A stretch of 64,000 nt of DNA from assembly GCA_963677895.2 (NCBI GenBank), contig CAXXGJ010000002.1:1-64000 (forward strand), written 5' to 3'. Shown in pieces: positions 31,401 to 40,669 of the stretch (the first letter of the stretch is position 1; each line of letters starts with the position of its first letter). This DNA is from Treponemataceae bacterium (lineage in GTDB: Bacteria > Spirochaetota > Spirochaetia > Treponematales > Rectinemataceae). The position numbers and the translations under genes were made by a program. The notes beneath the pieces are model-generated. The model was not told where the DNA came from and searched no databases. It saw only the letters and a program-made list of their open reading frames with translations.

Positions 31401-31441
31401 AGGGGGCGCGGGATTAATCCTGTCGCCCCCTCATTTTTTTT
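31401..31441 (+). terminator. Rho-independent terminator
   Basis: AGGGGGCG...CGCCCCCT stem followed by a T8 tract. Confidence 0.75.
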
Positions 31442-31600
31442 CGTCTAGAAGCCGACGTCCCATCGCGTTCCTTCGAAATAGCAGACCTTGTGAAAGGGGT
31501 ATGACAAAATGTCGAAATGTGTTAGATTGTCGAAGTCGAAGAGTCGTCGCCTAGCTGTCTTTGGACGAGCGGCCTGTCTAGGAAACAGAGGAGAAATTCT

Positions 31601-32689
31601 ATGGTAGTCAAAGAGATGCGAAGTCTTGTCATAGGCGATCTTGTGGCAAGAATACCGATAGTTCAGGGCGGCATGGGCGTGGGAATATCTCTCTCCGGGC
31701 TGGCTTCCGCCGTAGCCAACGCCGGCGGCGTCGGCGTCCTGGCGGCGGCAGGCATCGGCCTGCTGGAGCCCGATGGCTTCAGGGACTTCCTGGGCGCGAA
31801 CATCAGGGCTTTGCAGCGCGAAATCAGAAATGCCCGAGCGCATACCAAGGGAATTCTCGGCGTCAACATAATGGTGGCGTTGAGCAATTTCGCCGACCTG
31901 GTCAGGACGGCGATCGACGAGAAAATCGACATAATCTTTTCCGGCGCCGGCCTTCCGGTCAATCTGCCCGAGTACCTGAAGGAAGGGAGCAGGACCAAGC
32001 TTGTGCCCATCGTATCGTCGGGACGGGCGGCGACCCTCCTCGCCAAACGCTGGCTGGACAAGTACAACTACCTGCCCGATGCCTTCGTCGTGGAAGGACC
32101 CATGGCAGGCGGTCACCTCGGATTCAAGGCCGAACAGATCGACGATCCCGCCTTCGCCCTCGAGAAGATCGTCCCCGAAGTGATTGCCGCGGTTCGCCCT
32201 TTCGAGGAAAAATCCGGAAGGAAAATCCCCGTCATAGCTGGGGGAGGCATCTATACCGGCGCCGATATCCGGCGCTTCCTCGAACTCGGCGCGGCCGGCG
32301 TCCAGATGGCTACGCGTTTTGTCGCCACCGATGAGTGCGACGCCGATCCGGCTTTCAAGGCCACCTACATGGCGGCCGGGCAGGGCGATCTGGAGATAAT
32401 CAAGAGCCCCGTGGGGATGCCCGGCCGCGCCATCCGGAATGGCTTCCTGGACGACGTGGCGCGGGGCAAGAAAAAGCCCTTCGCCTGCCCCTACCACTGC
32501 ATCGTCACCTGCGATATCGAAAAAGCACCCTACTGCATATCGCTCGCCCTTCTCAACGCGCAAAAAGGCAAGCTGGACAAAGGCTTTGCCTTCGCCGGCG
32601 CCAACGCCTGGAGAACCGAAAAAATCGTTCCGGTGCAGGAGCTTGTGGACGAGCTCGTGAGCGAATACGAGGCTACGAGTCAAAAATAA
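31601..32689 (+). CDS. Nitronate monooxygenase/FabK/FabX family flavoprotein with C-terminal Cys cluster
   Basis: PIVQGGMGVGIS, EGPMAGGHLG, AGGGI, VQMATRF, CPYHCIVTC...YCI. Confidence 0.88.
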   Translation: MVVKEMRSLVIGDLVARIPIVQGGMGVGISLSGLASAVANAGGVGVLAAAGIGLLEPDGFRDFLGANIRALQREIRNARAHTKGILGVNIMVALSNFADLVRTAIDEKIDIIFSGAGLPVNLPEYLKEGSRTKLVPIVSSGRAATLLAKRWLDKYNYLPDAFVVEGPMAGGHLGFKAEQIDDPAFALEKIVPEVIAAVRPFEEKSGRKIPVIAGGGIYTGADIRRFLELGAAGVQMATRFVATDECDADPAFKATYMAAGQGDLEIIKSPVGMPGRAIRNGFLDDVARGKKKPFACPYHCIVTCDIEKAPYCISLALLNAQKGKLDKGFAFAGANAWRTEKIVPVQELVDELVSEYEATSQK

Positions 32690-32727
32690 GAAGAAAGTGA
32701 GTTTCTATGAAGCTACGGAACTCCTGG

Positions 32728-33642
32728 TCAGCCTTTTAACCCCTGTTTCTTGTCGAGCCGGCGACGAAGCCTGGCGGTAAGCTCATCCACTTCCGCGGAG
32801 TATTCGCCGCTGTCGAAGAGCATGGCCTTCGTCTGAAGGATGGCTCCGCGGATCGACACGCAAATCCTGTACATGGGGTCATTTTTTTCGTCGAGGAAGA
32901 GGAGCTCGTCCGGGATTCTTAGCTGATTCCCGTTCCAGAACGAATCATCGCCGGGAATCGCGAATTTGGCGACGAGCCGCCTGTTGAAATCCAGTTCATT
33001 CTTGTAGTCGTAATTGTCGGTTATATCGGTGGTGCCGGCGAGAAAACCTTCCTGAAAGTAAGGACGCAGCGCCAGCGAAGGACAGGCGCTCAAGAGCCTT
33101 ATATTGACGATCTCCTGCTCGGAGTTTATGGAAATCCCGTTGGGCATGTAGGGCAGGGCGAGAACATAGACGAAGGCTTCGGCGGCTTCCCCGCTGGATT
33201 GGGCAAAGGAGCAGGCGACCCTGAGCGATTGCGTCAGATCCAAAAGCGGGGTCTCGTGCACTTCATAGTGCTGGATGAGCGACCATTGGATGTACTGTTT
33301 TCTGCGTATCTCGTCGGCGGCGCGACGGTCGTGCTTTTTCGTCTCATCCACGAGGAGGGCGGAAATCTCCCTGAGCAGGGCGAAGTCGTACTCCAGCTTG
33401 GTCTTGGAGATCACGTTTTTTCTGTAGAGCGAGGGATAGAGGCTGCTCGCCCCCGCTTTGTTCCTGTGATCCCTGGCCTGGCCGCGGAAAAAAAGCAGGC
33501 AGTCCCTGTTCAGATAGGAAAGCTCCGCCACGATTTTCATCAGCTCATTGTAGGTTGCCACGGGATAGGCATCGCTTCGCGGCACCGAATCCCCGCAATG
33601 TCGCTTCAGCGGTTCCGTCAGTTGGGGCGTAATTTCCTTCAT
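32728..33642 (-). CDS. FRG domain-containing protein
   Basis: FFRGQ, LYPSLYR, IQHY...TPLLDLT.SLRVA, QEGF. Confidence 0.88.
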   Translation of the reverse strand: MKEITPQLTEPLKRHCGDSVPRSDAYPVATYNELMKIVAELSYLNRDCLLFFRGQARDHRNKAGASSLYPSLYRKNVISKTKLEYDFALLREISALLVDETKKHDRRAADEIRRKQYIQWSLIQHYEVHETPLLDLTQSLRVACSFAQSSGEAAEAFVYVLALPYMPNGISINSEQEIVNIRLLSACPSLALRPYFQEGFLAGTTDITDNYDYKNELDFNRRLVAKFAIPGDDSFWNGNQLRIPDELLFLDEKNDPMYRICVSIRGAILQTKAMLFDSGEYSAEVDELTARLRRRLDKKQGLKG

Positions 33643-33795
33643 GATATTCTCTATATGATAGGCAATCGCCCCGTAAAGTCAACCGCGGCGCGACGAGACG
33701 AATATTCTTGAAATCCTTCTTTCATGGCCTACACTTAATGCAAGCGTAGTTTTGCGGCTTATGTGCCTTTGCTTGACGAGTAAAGGAGAAGCATC

Positions 33796-34302
33796 ATGAC
33801 TATTGGAGAAGAACTGGCTTCATTGGATTTCGAGAATCTGATCGGGGGACCGTTGATTGCCGTCGTGCACGCGCAGGCATAGTCGGCGATGGCGGCTGTC
33901 ACGTTCAACTACAAGAAGAGCATCCCCAAGGCCGACGGTTCCGGGAATGAAATGAAAGACGCGAGTCTCACCGTTCCATTCCTGTCGATGCTTCCGATTC
34001 CCTATCTGCGCGTCCAGGAAGTGAACATTGATTTCCTCGCGAAAATCAATGCCATTCAATCGAGGCAGGTGGATACGAGCGTCGCCGTCACCGGGGAACT
34101 GGAAGCGAAAGCCAGTTTCCTGTGGGCCAGCGCGAAACTGAAGGTGTCCACCTCCTATCAAAGGCAGACGAAGGAGGGAAGCACGGTCACCCGCGATTAC
34201 TCGATGGGAGTCAAGGTCAAGGCGGTGCAGGATGAAATGCCCGGCGGCCTCGACCGTCTGCTGAGCATCCTTGAGTCTCTTATAAAGGAAGATATCAAAT
34301 AA
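33796..34302 (+). pseudogene. DUF2589-like protein with an in-frame TAG at codon 29
   Basis: SD AAGGAG and ATG 33796 give MTIGEELASLDFENLIGGPLIAVVHAQA*SAMAAVTF... (TAG 33880-33882), in frame with ORF 33889-34302 (LTVPFLSMLPIPYLRV, AVQDEMPGGL). Confidence 0.75.
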
Positions 34303-34316
34303 AGGAGAGTCTGCCG

Positions 34317-34721
34317 ATGACTAATCTTGGAGATGTGATAGGCGCAATCATCAGTCAGATCGACCTGGGAAGGACTCAGGCGGATCACGCGACGCTGGAT
34401 GTCGCCAATGAGTACAGGAAGGATGCGCGTCTTTCCGATTTCCCGATACCGAGGATGAGCCTGGATGAAGTGACCATCGATCTGAAAGTATCCCTAGCGG
34501 CAGGCCCTGTCTCCAGAAATGTGCTGACCCAGGAAAGCAGAACCGAAATCTTGAAAGAGCTTGAAGAAAAAGTGGGCAAACTACCCAAGTCTGACACTAC
34601 GCTGGCAACGATTTTCAAGGAAACTCCGGATCTCGAGAACGAATGGAAACTGAAGGCTGATCAAATAATCAAAAAACTGTCTGGCATATTCCAAGCTGAT
34701 ACCGAAAAGTGGAAAAATTGA
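34317..34721 (+). CDS. Hypothetical protein, probable DUF2589-cluster partner, likely 3'-truncated
   Basis: Good SD; N-terminus LGDVIGAIISQI...QAD...FPIPRMSLDEVTIDL resembles the DUF2589-like fold. Ends just before the island edge. Confidence 0.55.
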   Translation: MTNLGDVIGAIISQIDLGRTQADHATLDVANEYRKDARLSDFPIPRMSLDEVTIDLKVSLAAGPVSRNVLTQESRTEILKELEEKVGKLPKSDTTLATIFKETPDLENEWKLKADQIIKKLSGIFQADTEKWKN

Positions 34722-34800
34722 TCTCGAAGTGACAAAAATCCATCTAGAGATCGCTGAGCGAAGCATATAAGCCCATTTAAAAGTGCTGGAATATTTGCTG

Positions 34801-34872
34801 CAGCTTCATATGTTTCGCGGCGTCGCGCCGTATTTCCGGGAAGCCCATAGCTCCAAGTGTGTGGCCTTGCGC
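34801..34872 (-). repeat. Two short degenerate copies of the trpS 3' end
   Basis: 34843-34872 matches 47381-47410 at 22/30 nt (RKATHLELW vs RAAMHMEL*). 34801-34822 matches 47386-47407 at 17/22 nt (AAKHMKL vs AAMHMEL). Confidence 0.5.
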
Positions 34873-34889
34873 GGTAAGCTGACTCATTC

Positions 34890-34925
34890 TGGTGAAATAT
34901 TCACCACGATGGTGAAAAATCTTCA
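34890..34925. promoter_or_regulatory. Candidate upstream activator sequence for the sigma54 activator
   Basis: Perfect 7-3-7 palindrome TGGTGAA-ATA-TTCACCA plus a second site TGGTGAAAAATCTTCA, 140-170 bp upstream of a -24/-12 promoter. Confidence 0.65.
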
Positions 34926-35060
34926 GAGTGGATATCATCAAGAATTTTACAGCGCTGTATTTGCCATCATATCCCACTGCCCTTTCTCGCAGATGCTAGA
35001 ATTTTTCGCGGATCATATCTCTTTTAGGAAAGGGTGAATCTATCTTTTTACATGTCTTTT

Positions 35061-35076
35061 TGGCACGGATGCTGCA
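35061..35076 (+). promoter_or_regulatory. Sigma54 (-24/-12) promoter
   Basis: TGGCACGGATGCTGCA, GG-N10-GC; the operon encodes a sigma54 activator. Confidence 0.8.
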
Positions 35077-35088
35077 TATACGTATTTA

Positions 35089-36420
35089 ATGCATTCACCT
35101 TGGTTTATCATTGCCGATGACTTCACGGGCTCGGGCGATTCGGCCGTCCAATTCCGATCCGAGGGTAGCCCTGCCCGGTTAGTGATTAACCCTACTATCG
35201 ATACTCTGGATACGAAGCGAAGTTCGGCGATCGTCGTGAACACGGATTCGCGATATCTCTCCAGCGGAGAGTGCTACGCTTCGGTGCGCGCGACGACGGA
35301 ATTCCTAACCAAGTCGGGCGCGAAGCGCTTCTTCAAGAAGATCGACTCGACGATGCGAGGTCACATTGAAGATGAGGTCGCCGCCATGATGGACGGCGCC
35401 GGCTTCGGTCGCGCTCTCGTCTGTCCAGCGGCGCCGCGGAACGGTCGAACGGTAATCGACGGGATTTGTCTCGTAGATGGAAAACCGGTGGATTCTCACG
35501 CATCGGCCAGGGATCCTTTCACTCCGGTGGACGAAGGGCAGGTCGCCGCCCATTTCGAACGGCGCTTTGCTGGGCGCATAGCCCAAATCCCCCTTGCCAC
35601 AGTCAGGAAGGGGACGATGGCGCTGCTGAATGCCATGGATGAAGCGCCGAATAGCGCATGTCTCTTTACGGCAGATGCCGCTACTCTATCCGACCTAGCC
35701 ATTATCGCCTCCGTCGCCGATATCCCTGGCCTCCTTCTCGCCGGATCTTCCGGGCTGGCCGAGGCTTTGGCGTATCGCGACATTCAGTTGGAGTCCGGTC
35801 CCTCCACCGCTACTGGCGTCACGAAGTTACCTCTAGGACAGATCGCCTTTTTTATCGGTTCCGTGACCCCTACAAGTAGCGCCCAATGCGCTTGCCTCGC
35901 CGCTTTGGACGACGTGGTGTGTCTTGTTGTCGATGGTAAGGCCGCGGCCTACGACCCTGAGATGGAAATGCGACGCATGCTCGGCCTCATACAACATACG
36001 CCGACGGGAAAAGCCCTTCTGATCCACACCGATCCGCTGAGTCCAGATGTGTCCTTCAATGGTATAAAAGAAATGGGCAGCTTGATCTCCCGTTTCCTCG
36101 GGAGCCTTGCACTAGCCGTATCGCGTAAGCGGAACCTACGCTTCCTCTTTGTCATGGGGGGCGACACGGCCGCTCGCATAACGGCATCGCTTGGCGCCGA
36201 TTATATCGACTTCACGGACGAACTGCTTCCCGGGTTGCCTTATGGATACTTTGATTCTGGCGAGTTAGGGCGTCGCGTTTTTTTCGCCAGTAAATCAGGC
36301 GGCTTCGGCTCGGCCGATGCCCTACTGAAAGTCCTGGCCCGCACAGCCGCCGCAGATGAGCAGGAAGTTACGGCGACGGCGGCTAAGAACCCGCGCGAAG
36401 CCAAGGAGATTATTGTATGA
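35089..36420 (+). CDS. Four-carbon acid sugar kinase (DUF1537; DtnK/DenK-like)
   Basis: IADDFTGSGD, NTDSR, KKIDSTMRG, MGGDTA, KSGGFG. Confidence 0.93.
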   Translation: MHSPWFIIADDFTGSGDSAVQFRSEGSPARLVINPTIDTLDTKRSSAIVVNTDSRYLSSGECYASVRATTEFLTKSGAKRFFKKIDSTMRGHIEDEVAAMMDGAGFGRALVCPAAPRNGRTVIDGICLVDGKPVDSHASARDPFTPVDEGQVAAHFERRFAGRIAQIPLATVRKGTMALLNAMDEAPNSACLFTADAATLSDLAIIASVADIPGLLLAGSSGLAEALAYRDIQLESGPSTATGVTKLPLGQIAFFIGSVTPTSSAQCACLAALDDVVCLVVDGKAAAYDPEMEMRRMLGLIQHTPTGKALLIHTDPLSPDVSFNGIKEMGSLISRFLGSLALAVSRKRNLRFLFVMGGDTAARITASLGADYIDFTDELLPGLPYGYFDSGELGRRVFFASKSGGFGSADALLKVLARTAAADEQEVTATAAKNPREAKEIIV

Positions 36421-37568
36421 AAGCATTTTCAATAGTGTCGCCCTCGCGTGTCATCTTCGGGGCAGGCAAGACAGCTGAAATTCCCGAGATAGTAAAGAGT
36501 CTAGCCAAAGATGGCAGTCTCCTAATCCTCAGCGACAAGGGCGTATCGAGCACTGGTGTACCCGCTAAGGTAGCCACAGCCCTCTCCGCGGCCGGTTACA
36601 TGGCGTCAGTGATGGACACCGTTCCTCCTGAGCCCTCTACCCATGATCTGGACGCTATCGCGGCGACCCTAAAAGGCACGAAGGCTGCCGCTATCGTGGC
36701 TATCGGCGGCGGTTCCGTCATGGACGCGGCCAAGGTGCTCGCTATACTCGCCCGCACAGGTTGGACTACTTCCGAACTAGCCGACCGAGGCGTTCCCGGC
36801 CGCGGCACGCCCACCGTGATGATTCCGACGACGGCGGGCACGGGCTCCGAGTCTACGCCCAACGCTATCGTCCTTTTTCCCGAAAAAAACCTGAAAGTGG
36901 GCATCGTTAGCCCCGATTTCATGCCCGACAGGGTTGTCCTCGATCCGGAACTTACCCTGGGGCTTCCCCCGAGACTCACCGCATCCACGGGTGTGGACGC
37001 CTTCTGCCATCTTTTAGAGTGCTTCATCTCTCGAAAAGCCAATCCTATGAGCGACATGATGGCGCGCGAAGGCATGAGACTCCTTCTGCCGACTCTGCCC
37101 ATCGCCTACCGGAACGGCACCGACCTAGAGGCACGCTCCGCGGTCATGCTCGCGGCGTACTATGGCGGAGCCTGCATCGCGGCGTCGGGAACTACCGCCA
37201 TCCATGCGCTCTCCTATCCGCTCGGCGGCACCTACAGGATTCCTCACGGCGTGGCCAACGCCGCTCTTCTCGTGCCTGTCATGAGCTATCAGAAGGATCG
37301 GATAGCTCCGAGGCTTGCCGATGCCGCTCGGGCTGCCGGCATGCCTGCCATGGGAAGCGATGAGGCCGACGCTGACGCTCTTATAGGGCGACTTCGAGAG
37401 CTTGTGAAGGAGTTGAACATCCCCTCGAGCCTCTCCGCCCTTGGCGTTCCCAAGAGTGATCTGGGCAGCCTCACGGAAGCCGCATACGGCGTACGCAGGC
37501 TCCTCGACAATAACCCTGTGGAACTCGCTCGCGAGGATATCCGCGCGATTTACGAGAGCGTGAGGTAA
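36417..37568 (+). CDS. Iron-containing alcohol dehydrogenase
   Basis: GGGSVMDAAK, PTTAGTGSE, DAFCHLLE, IHALSYPLG...HG. Confidence 0.93.
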   Translation: MKAFSIVSPSRVIFGAGKTAEIPEIVKSLAKDGSLLILSDKGVSSTGVPAKVATALSAAGYMASVMDTVPPEPSTHDLDAIAATLKGTKAAAIVAIGGGSVMDAAKVLAILARTGWTTSELADRGVPGRGTPTVMIPTTAGTGSESTPNAIVLFPEKNLKVGIVSPDFMPDRVVLDPELTLGLPPRLTASTGVDAFCHLLECFISRKANPMSDMMAREGMRLLLPTLPIAYRNGTDLEARSAVMLAAYYGGACIAASGTTAIHALSYPLGGTYRIPHGVANAALLVPVMSYQKDRIAPRLADAARAAGMPAMGSDEADADALIGRLRELVKELNIPSSLSALGVPKSDLGSLTEAAYGVRRLLDNNPVELAREDIRAIYESVR

Positions 37569-37575
37569 GGACTAA

Positions 37576-38622
37576 ATGAAAAAACCGATTATCGGCATTT
37601 CGATGGGCGATCCCGCAGGTATCGGCCCCGAAATCGCGGCGAAGGCCTTGGGAAAAAAGGAAATCTATGAAAAGTGCTGGCCTCTCGTAATCGGCGACGC
37701 TTCGGTCATGGAACAGGCTGTTCGAATCGCCAAGGTAAGTCTGAAGGTGAACGCGGTCGAAAAGCCATCGCAGGCTAAGTTTGGACATGGGACGATTGAT
37801 GTCGTCGATCTCAAAGATGTTGATATCGCGAAACTTGAGTATGGCAAGGTGTCGGCCATGGGCGGAAAAGCGGCCTTCGAGGCCGTGAAGAAAGTGATTG
37901 ACCTGGCTATGACAGGCGAGGTAGACGCCACGGTTACGGGACCGCTGAACAAGGAGGCCCTCAATTTAGCCGGCTATCACTACGCGGGACACACCGAGAT
38001 ATACGCCAAATTCACCAATACCAAGCACTACACAATGATGCTCGCGGAGGGGAAGCTGCGCGTCGTTCACATATCCACCCACGTATCGCTCAGGGAGGCT
38101 TGCGACAAGGTCAAAAAGGACCGGGTCTACGCTGTTATCAAGCTAGCCTACGAAGCGATGAAAGCCTTCGGAATCGACAATCCGCGGATAGGCGTCGCCG
38201 GCCTCAACCCCCACGCGGGGGACGGCGGTCTCTTCGGTTCCGAAGAGGCGGACGAGATCATGCCGGCGATCCTGAAAGCCCGCGCCGAGGGCCTGGTGGT
38301 TGATGGTCCCGTTCCTCCGGACACGCTCTTTCCCAAGGCTCTGGGCGGCCAGTACGACATCGTCGTGGCCATGTACCACGACCAGGGTCATATCCCCCTG
38401 AAGATGGTGGGTTTTATCTGGAACGAAACGGAAAAGCGTTGGAACTCGGTGAGCGGCGTGAATATAACCCTTGGCCTGCCTATTATCCGTACCTCGGTGG
38501 ACCACGGAACGGCCTTCGACAAAGCGGGTATGGGTATCGCGACCGACGAAAGCCTCATAAACGCCATAGACTATGCTATACATTTCGCGTGCCAGCGCAT
38601 CGTGAAGAAAGAGGTCGGATGA
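37576..38622 (+). CDS. pdxA: PdxA family dehydrogenase (probably catabolic PdxA2)
   Basis: MGDPAGIGPE, GHTE, GLNPHAG, AMYHDQG, IRTSVDHGTAFD; clustered with a DUF1537 kinase. Confidence 0.93.
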   Translation: MKKPIIGISMGDPAGIGPEIAAKALGKKEIYEKCWPLVIGDASVMEQAVRIAKVSLKVNAVEKPSQAKFGHGTIDVVDLKDVDIAKLEYGKVSAMGGKAAFEAVKKVIDLAMTGEVDATVTGPLNKEALNLAGYHYAGHTEIYAKFTNTKHYTMMLAEGKLRVVHISTHVSLREACDKVKKDRVYAVIKLAYEAMKAFGIDNPRIGVAGLNPHAGDGGLFGSEEADEIMPAILKARAEGLVVDGPVPPDTLFPKALGGQYDIVVAMYHDQGHIPLKMVGFIWNETEKRWNSVSGVNITLGLPIIRTSVDHGTAFDKAGMGIATDESLINAIDYAIHFACQRIVKKEVG

Positions 38623-38713
38623 GGGATTATTAGCCGACCCGGGATTATGATTTTTACAGCAGCGCGCCTGAGCGCGCCTACCATAACGGAGCGGATATTT
38701 TTAGGAGCGTACT

Positions 38714-39622
38714 ATGAAGAAATATTTCGGTGTAATTCCCCCTATAATCACGCCTGTGGACGAACGCGAGAACGTGGATGAGACCGGCTTTCGCAGACTT
38801 TTGGACTGGTGCGTTGACTGCGGCTTGCATGGGATTTTCGTCGCCGGATCGAACGGCGAGACGATGGCGCTTACGCAAGAGCAGCGTGACAGAGCGATAC
38901 GCATCGCCATCGATCAGGTGGGTTCGAAAGTCCCTGTCATGGCGGGCGTCATGGACACGAGCACCAGGCGCGTCATCGAGAATATCAAACGACTCGAGCA
39001 AATGGGCGGAACTTGCGCTGTCGTGACTTCGATTTTCTATGCGCGCCATACATCGCAGGATGAGACGATTCGTCACTTCGAGAAAATTTCGCGCGAAACG
39101 AACATAGATCTTGTCATCTACAATATACCAATGTTCACCGGCCTCAGCCTTACTTTCGACACAGTCAGGAAAATATCAGCAATCGATAAAGTTGTGGGAT
39201 ACAAGGACTCGGGCGGAAATTTCCCTGATTTTGAAAAAGCCTTGAGCTATTTCAAAGCGACCGATTTTTGCCTGCTCCAGGGAGCCACGAACCTCGCGGC
39301 GGCCAGCATGCTTCTAGGCGCCGACGGCTTCATCCCCTCGATCGCCCCGCTTTTCCCCGGGCTATTTGTGGCGGTATACGAAGCAGGGAGATCTGGCGAT
39401 ATCGAGAAGACGATGAAGTTGAATGACCTTATGGCCGAAACCTCAAAGATCCTGGCGCTTTCGAAAAACGCGACGGCGTCGAACAAATTCGCCCTAAGCC
39501 AGCTCGGCTTCACGCATAAGCGCGTCATTGCGCCGCAGGACGAGACGACTCAGGCAGACGAGGACGCGATCGTGGGGAAGACGGCGGAAATCAAAGCGGC
39601 GATCGCTGCCTTGGGCTTTTGA
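38714..39622 (+). CDS. DapA/NanA-like class I aldolase or dehydratase
   Basis: GSNGE, IYNIPMFT and Schiff-base motif GYKDSGG. Confidence 0.9.
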   Translation: MKKYFGVIPPIITPVDERENVDETGFRRLLDWCVDCGLHGIFVAGSNGETMALTQEQRDRAIRIAIDQVGSKVPVMAGVMDTSTRRVIENIKRLEQMGGTCAVVTSIFYARHTSQDETIRHFEKISRETNIDLVIYNIPMFTGLSLTFDTVRKISAIDKVVGYKDSGGNFPDFEKALSYFKATDFCLLQGATNLAAASMLLGADGFIPSIAPLFPGLFVAVYEAGRSGDIEKTMKLNDLMAETSKILALSKNATASNKFALSQLGFTHKRVIAPQDETTQADEDAIVGKTAEIKAAIAALGF

Positions 39623-39639
39623 GCAGGAAGGACTGTTAT

Positions 39640-40614
39640 ATGCATTCGATAGTGCTTTCGCATCCCCTCTACAAGCCCGGGATGGACGCGTTGGTCGGCA
39701 AGGCCGACCTGATCATTCCCAACGACGGTGATTCGGACCGTATCCTCGAGCAGCTCAAGAAAGCTGACGGCTTTATTCTCCGCATAGGGAAGATTGACCG
39801 GAAGGCGATCGAAGCCTGTCCGAACCTACGGGTGATCACGCGGCCCGGTGTCGGGGTGGACAACGTCGATGTCGCCGCGGCAACCGAGAAGGGAATTCCG
39901 GTTGTGATCTGCCCGTCGGCAAATTCGCGCGCCGTGGCGGAACATACGGTAGCCCTTATGTTTGCCTTGGCGAAGAACCTTATCGAGAGCGATAACGAAA
40001 CCCGAAAGGGCAATTTCGGGATACGCAATAAATACGCGGCTATTGAGCTCGCAGACAAGACCTTGTCGGTGATTGGTTTCGGCAACATAGGGAAGATCGT
40101 AGCCCGTCTGTGCGCTTCGATCGGTATGAAGATCGTAGCCTACGACCCGTTCATCGAAAAGAAGGCTGTGGAGGTATTGGGGTACCACCATGTTGAAACG
40201 ATCGAAGAAGCAGTAGCGTTGGGCGATTTTGTAACGCTGCACATGCCCTCTTTCCTTGAGACGAAGAATCTCATGAACGAGGCGCTCATCGCGCTTATGA
40301 AGCCGACGGCTTTCCTGGTGAATTGCGCTCGAGGCGACATCGTGGATGAAGCAGCTCTCCTGAAGGCGCTGGCTGACAAGCGAATCTCGGGCGCAGGTGT
40401 CGACGTGCTGTCCGCGGAACCTATGAAAGCGGAAAATCCGATCATGAAGTTGGCAAACCTAATCGTAACGCCGCATATGGCGGCGCAGACGCAGGAAAGC
40501 ACCGCCGCGGTAGTGCGAATGGCGGTGGAAGGCACGTTGGCCGTGCTCGATGGCGTGAAATGGCCGAACGTATGCAACCCGCAGGCATACGATCACCCAC
40601 GGTGGGTGGAATGA
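39640..40614 (+). CDS. D-isomer-specific 2-hydroxyacid dehydrogenase (SerA-like)
   Basis: GVGVDNVD, GFGNIG, VNCARG, TPHMAA. Confidence 0.92.
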   Translation: MHSIVLSHPLYKPGMDALVGKADLIIPNDGDSDRILEQLKKADGFILRIGKIDRKAIEACPNLRVITRPGVGVDNVDVAAATEKGIPVVICPSANSRAVAEHTVALMFALAKNLIESDNETRKGNFGIRNKYAAIELADKTLSVIGFGNIGKIVARLCASIGMKIVAYDPFIEKKAVEVLGYHHVETIEEAVALGDFVTLHMPSFLETKNLMNEALIALMKPTAFLVNCARGDIVDEAALLKALADKRISGAGVDVLSAEPMKAENPIMKLANLIVTPHMAAQTQESTAAVVRMAVEGTLAVLDGVKWPNVCNPQAYDHPRWVE

Positions 40615-40669
40615 CGTTGGAATCTTTCCGCGGAATGTCGCGGGTAGATAAAATTTATCGGAGGCGTTT

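Noticed and set aside
31487..31510. Rex or CRP site TTGTGAAAGGGGTATGACAA
   Set aside because: Spacing and right half-site do not fit the Rex (N4) or CRP consensus.
33880..33882. In-frame TAG as pyrrolysine or programmed read-through
   Set aside because: No pyl genes in the window, TAG is an ordinary stop for many genes here, and a CAG-to-TAG change in a decaying locus is simpler.
34777..35037. Small ORFs 34777-34977 and 34783-35037 as genes
   Set aside because: No SD or motifs; the region is explained by trpS-tail scars and the UAS.
37576..38622. pdxA as vitamin B6 biosynthesis
   Set aside because: The window encodes DXP-independent PdxST, and this pdxA is clustered with a DUF1537 kinase, the PdxA2 catabolic context.
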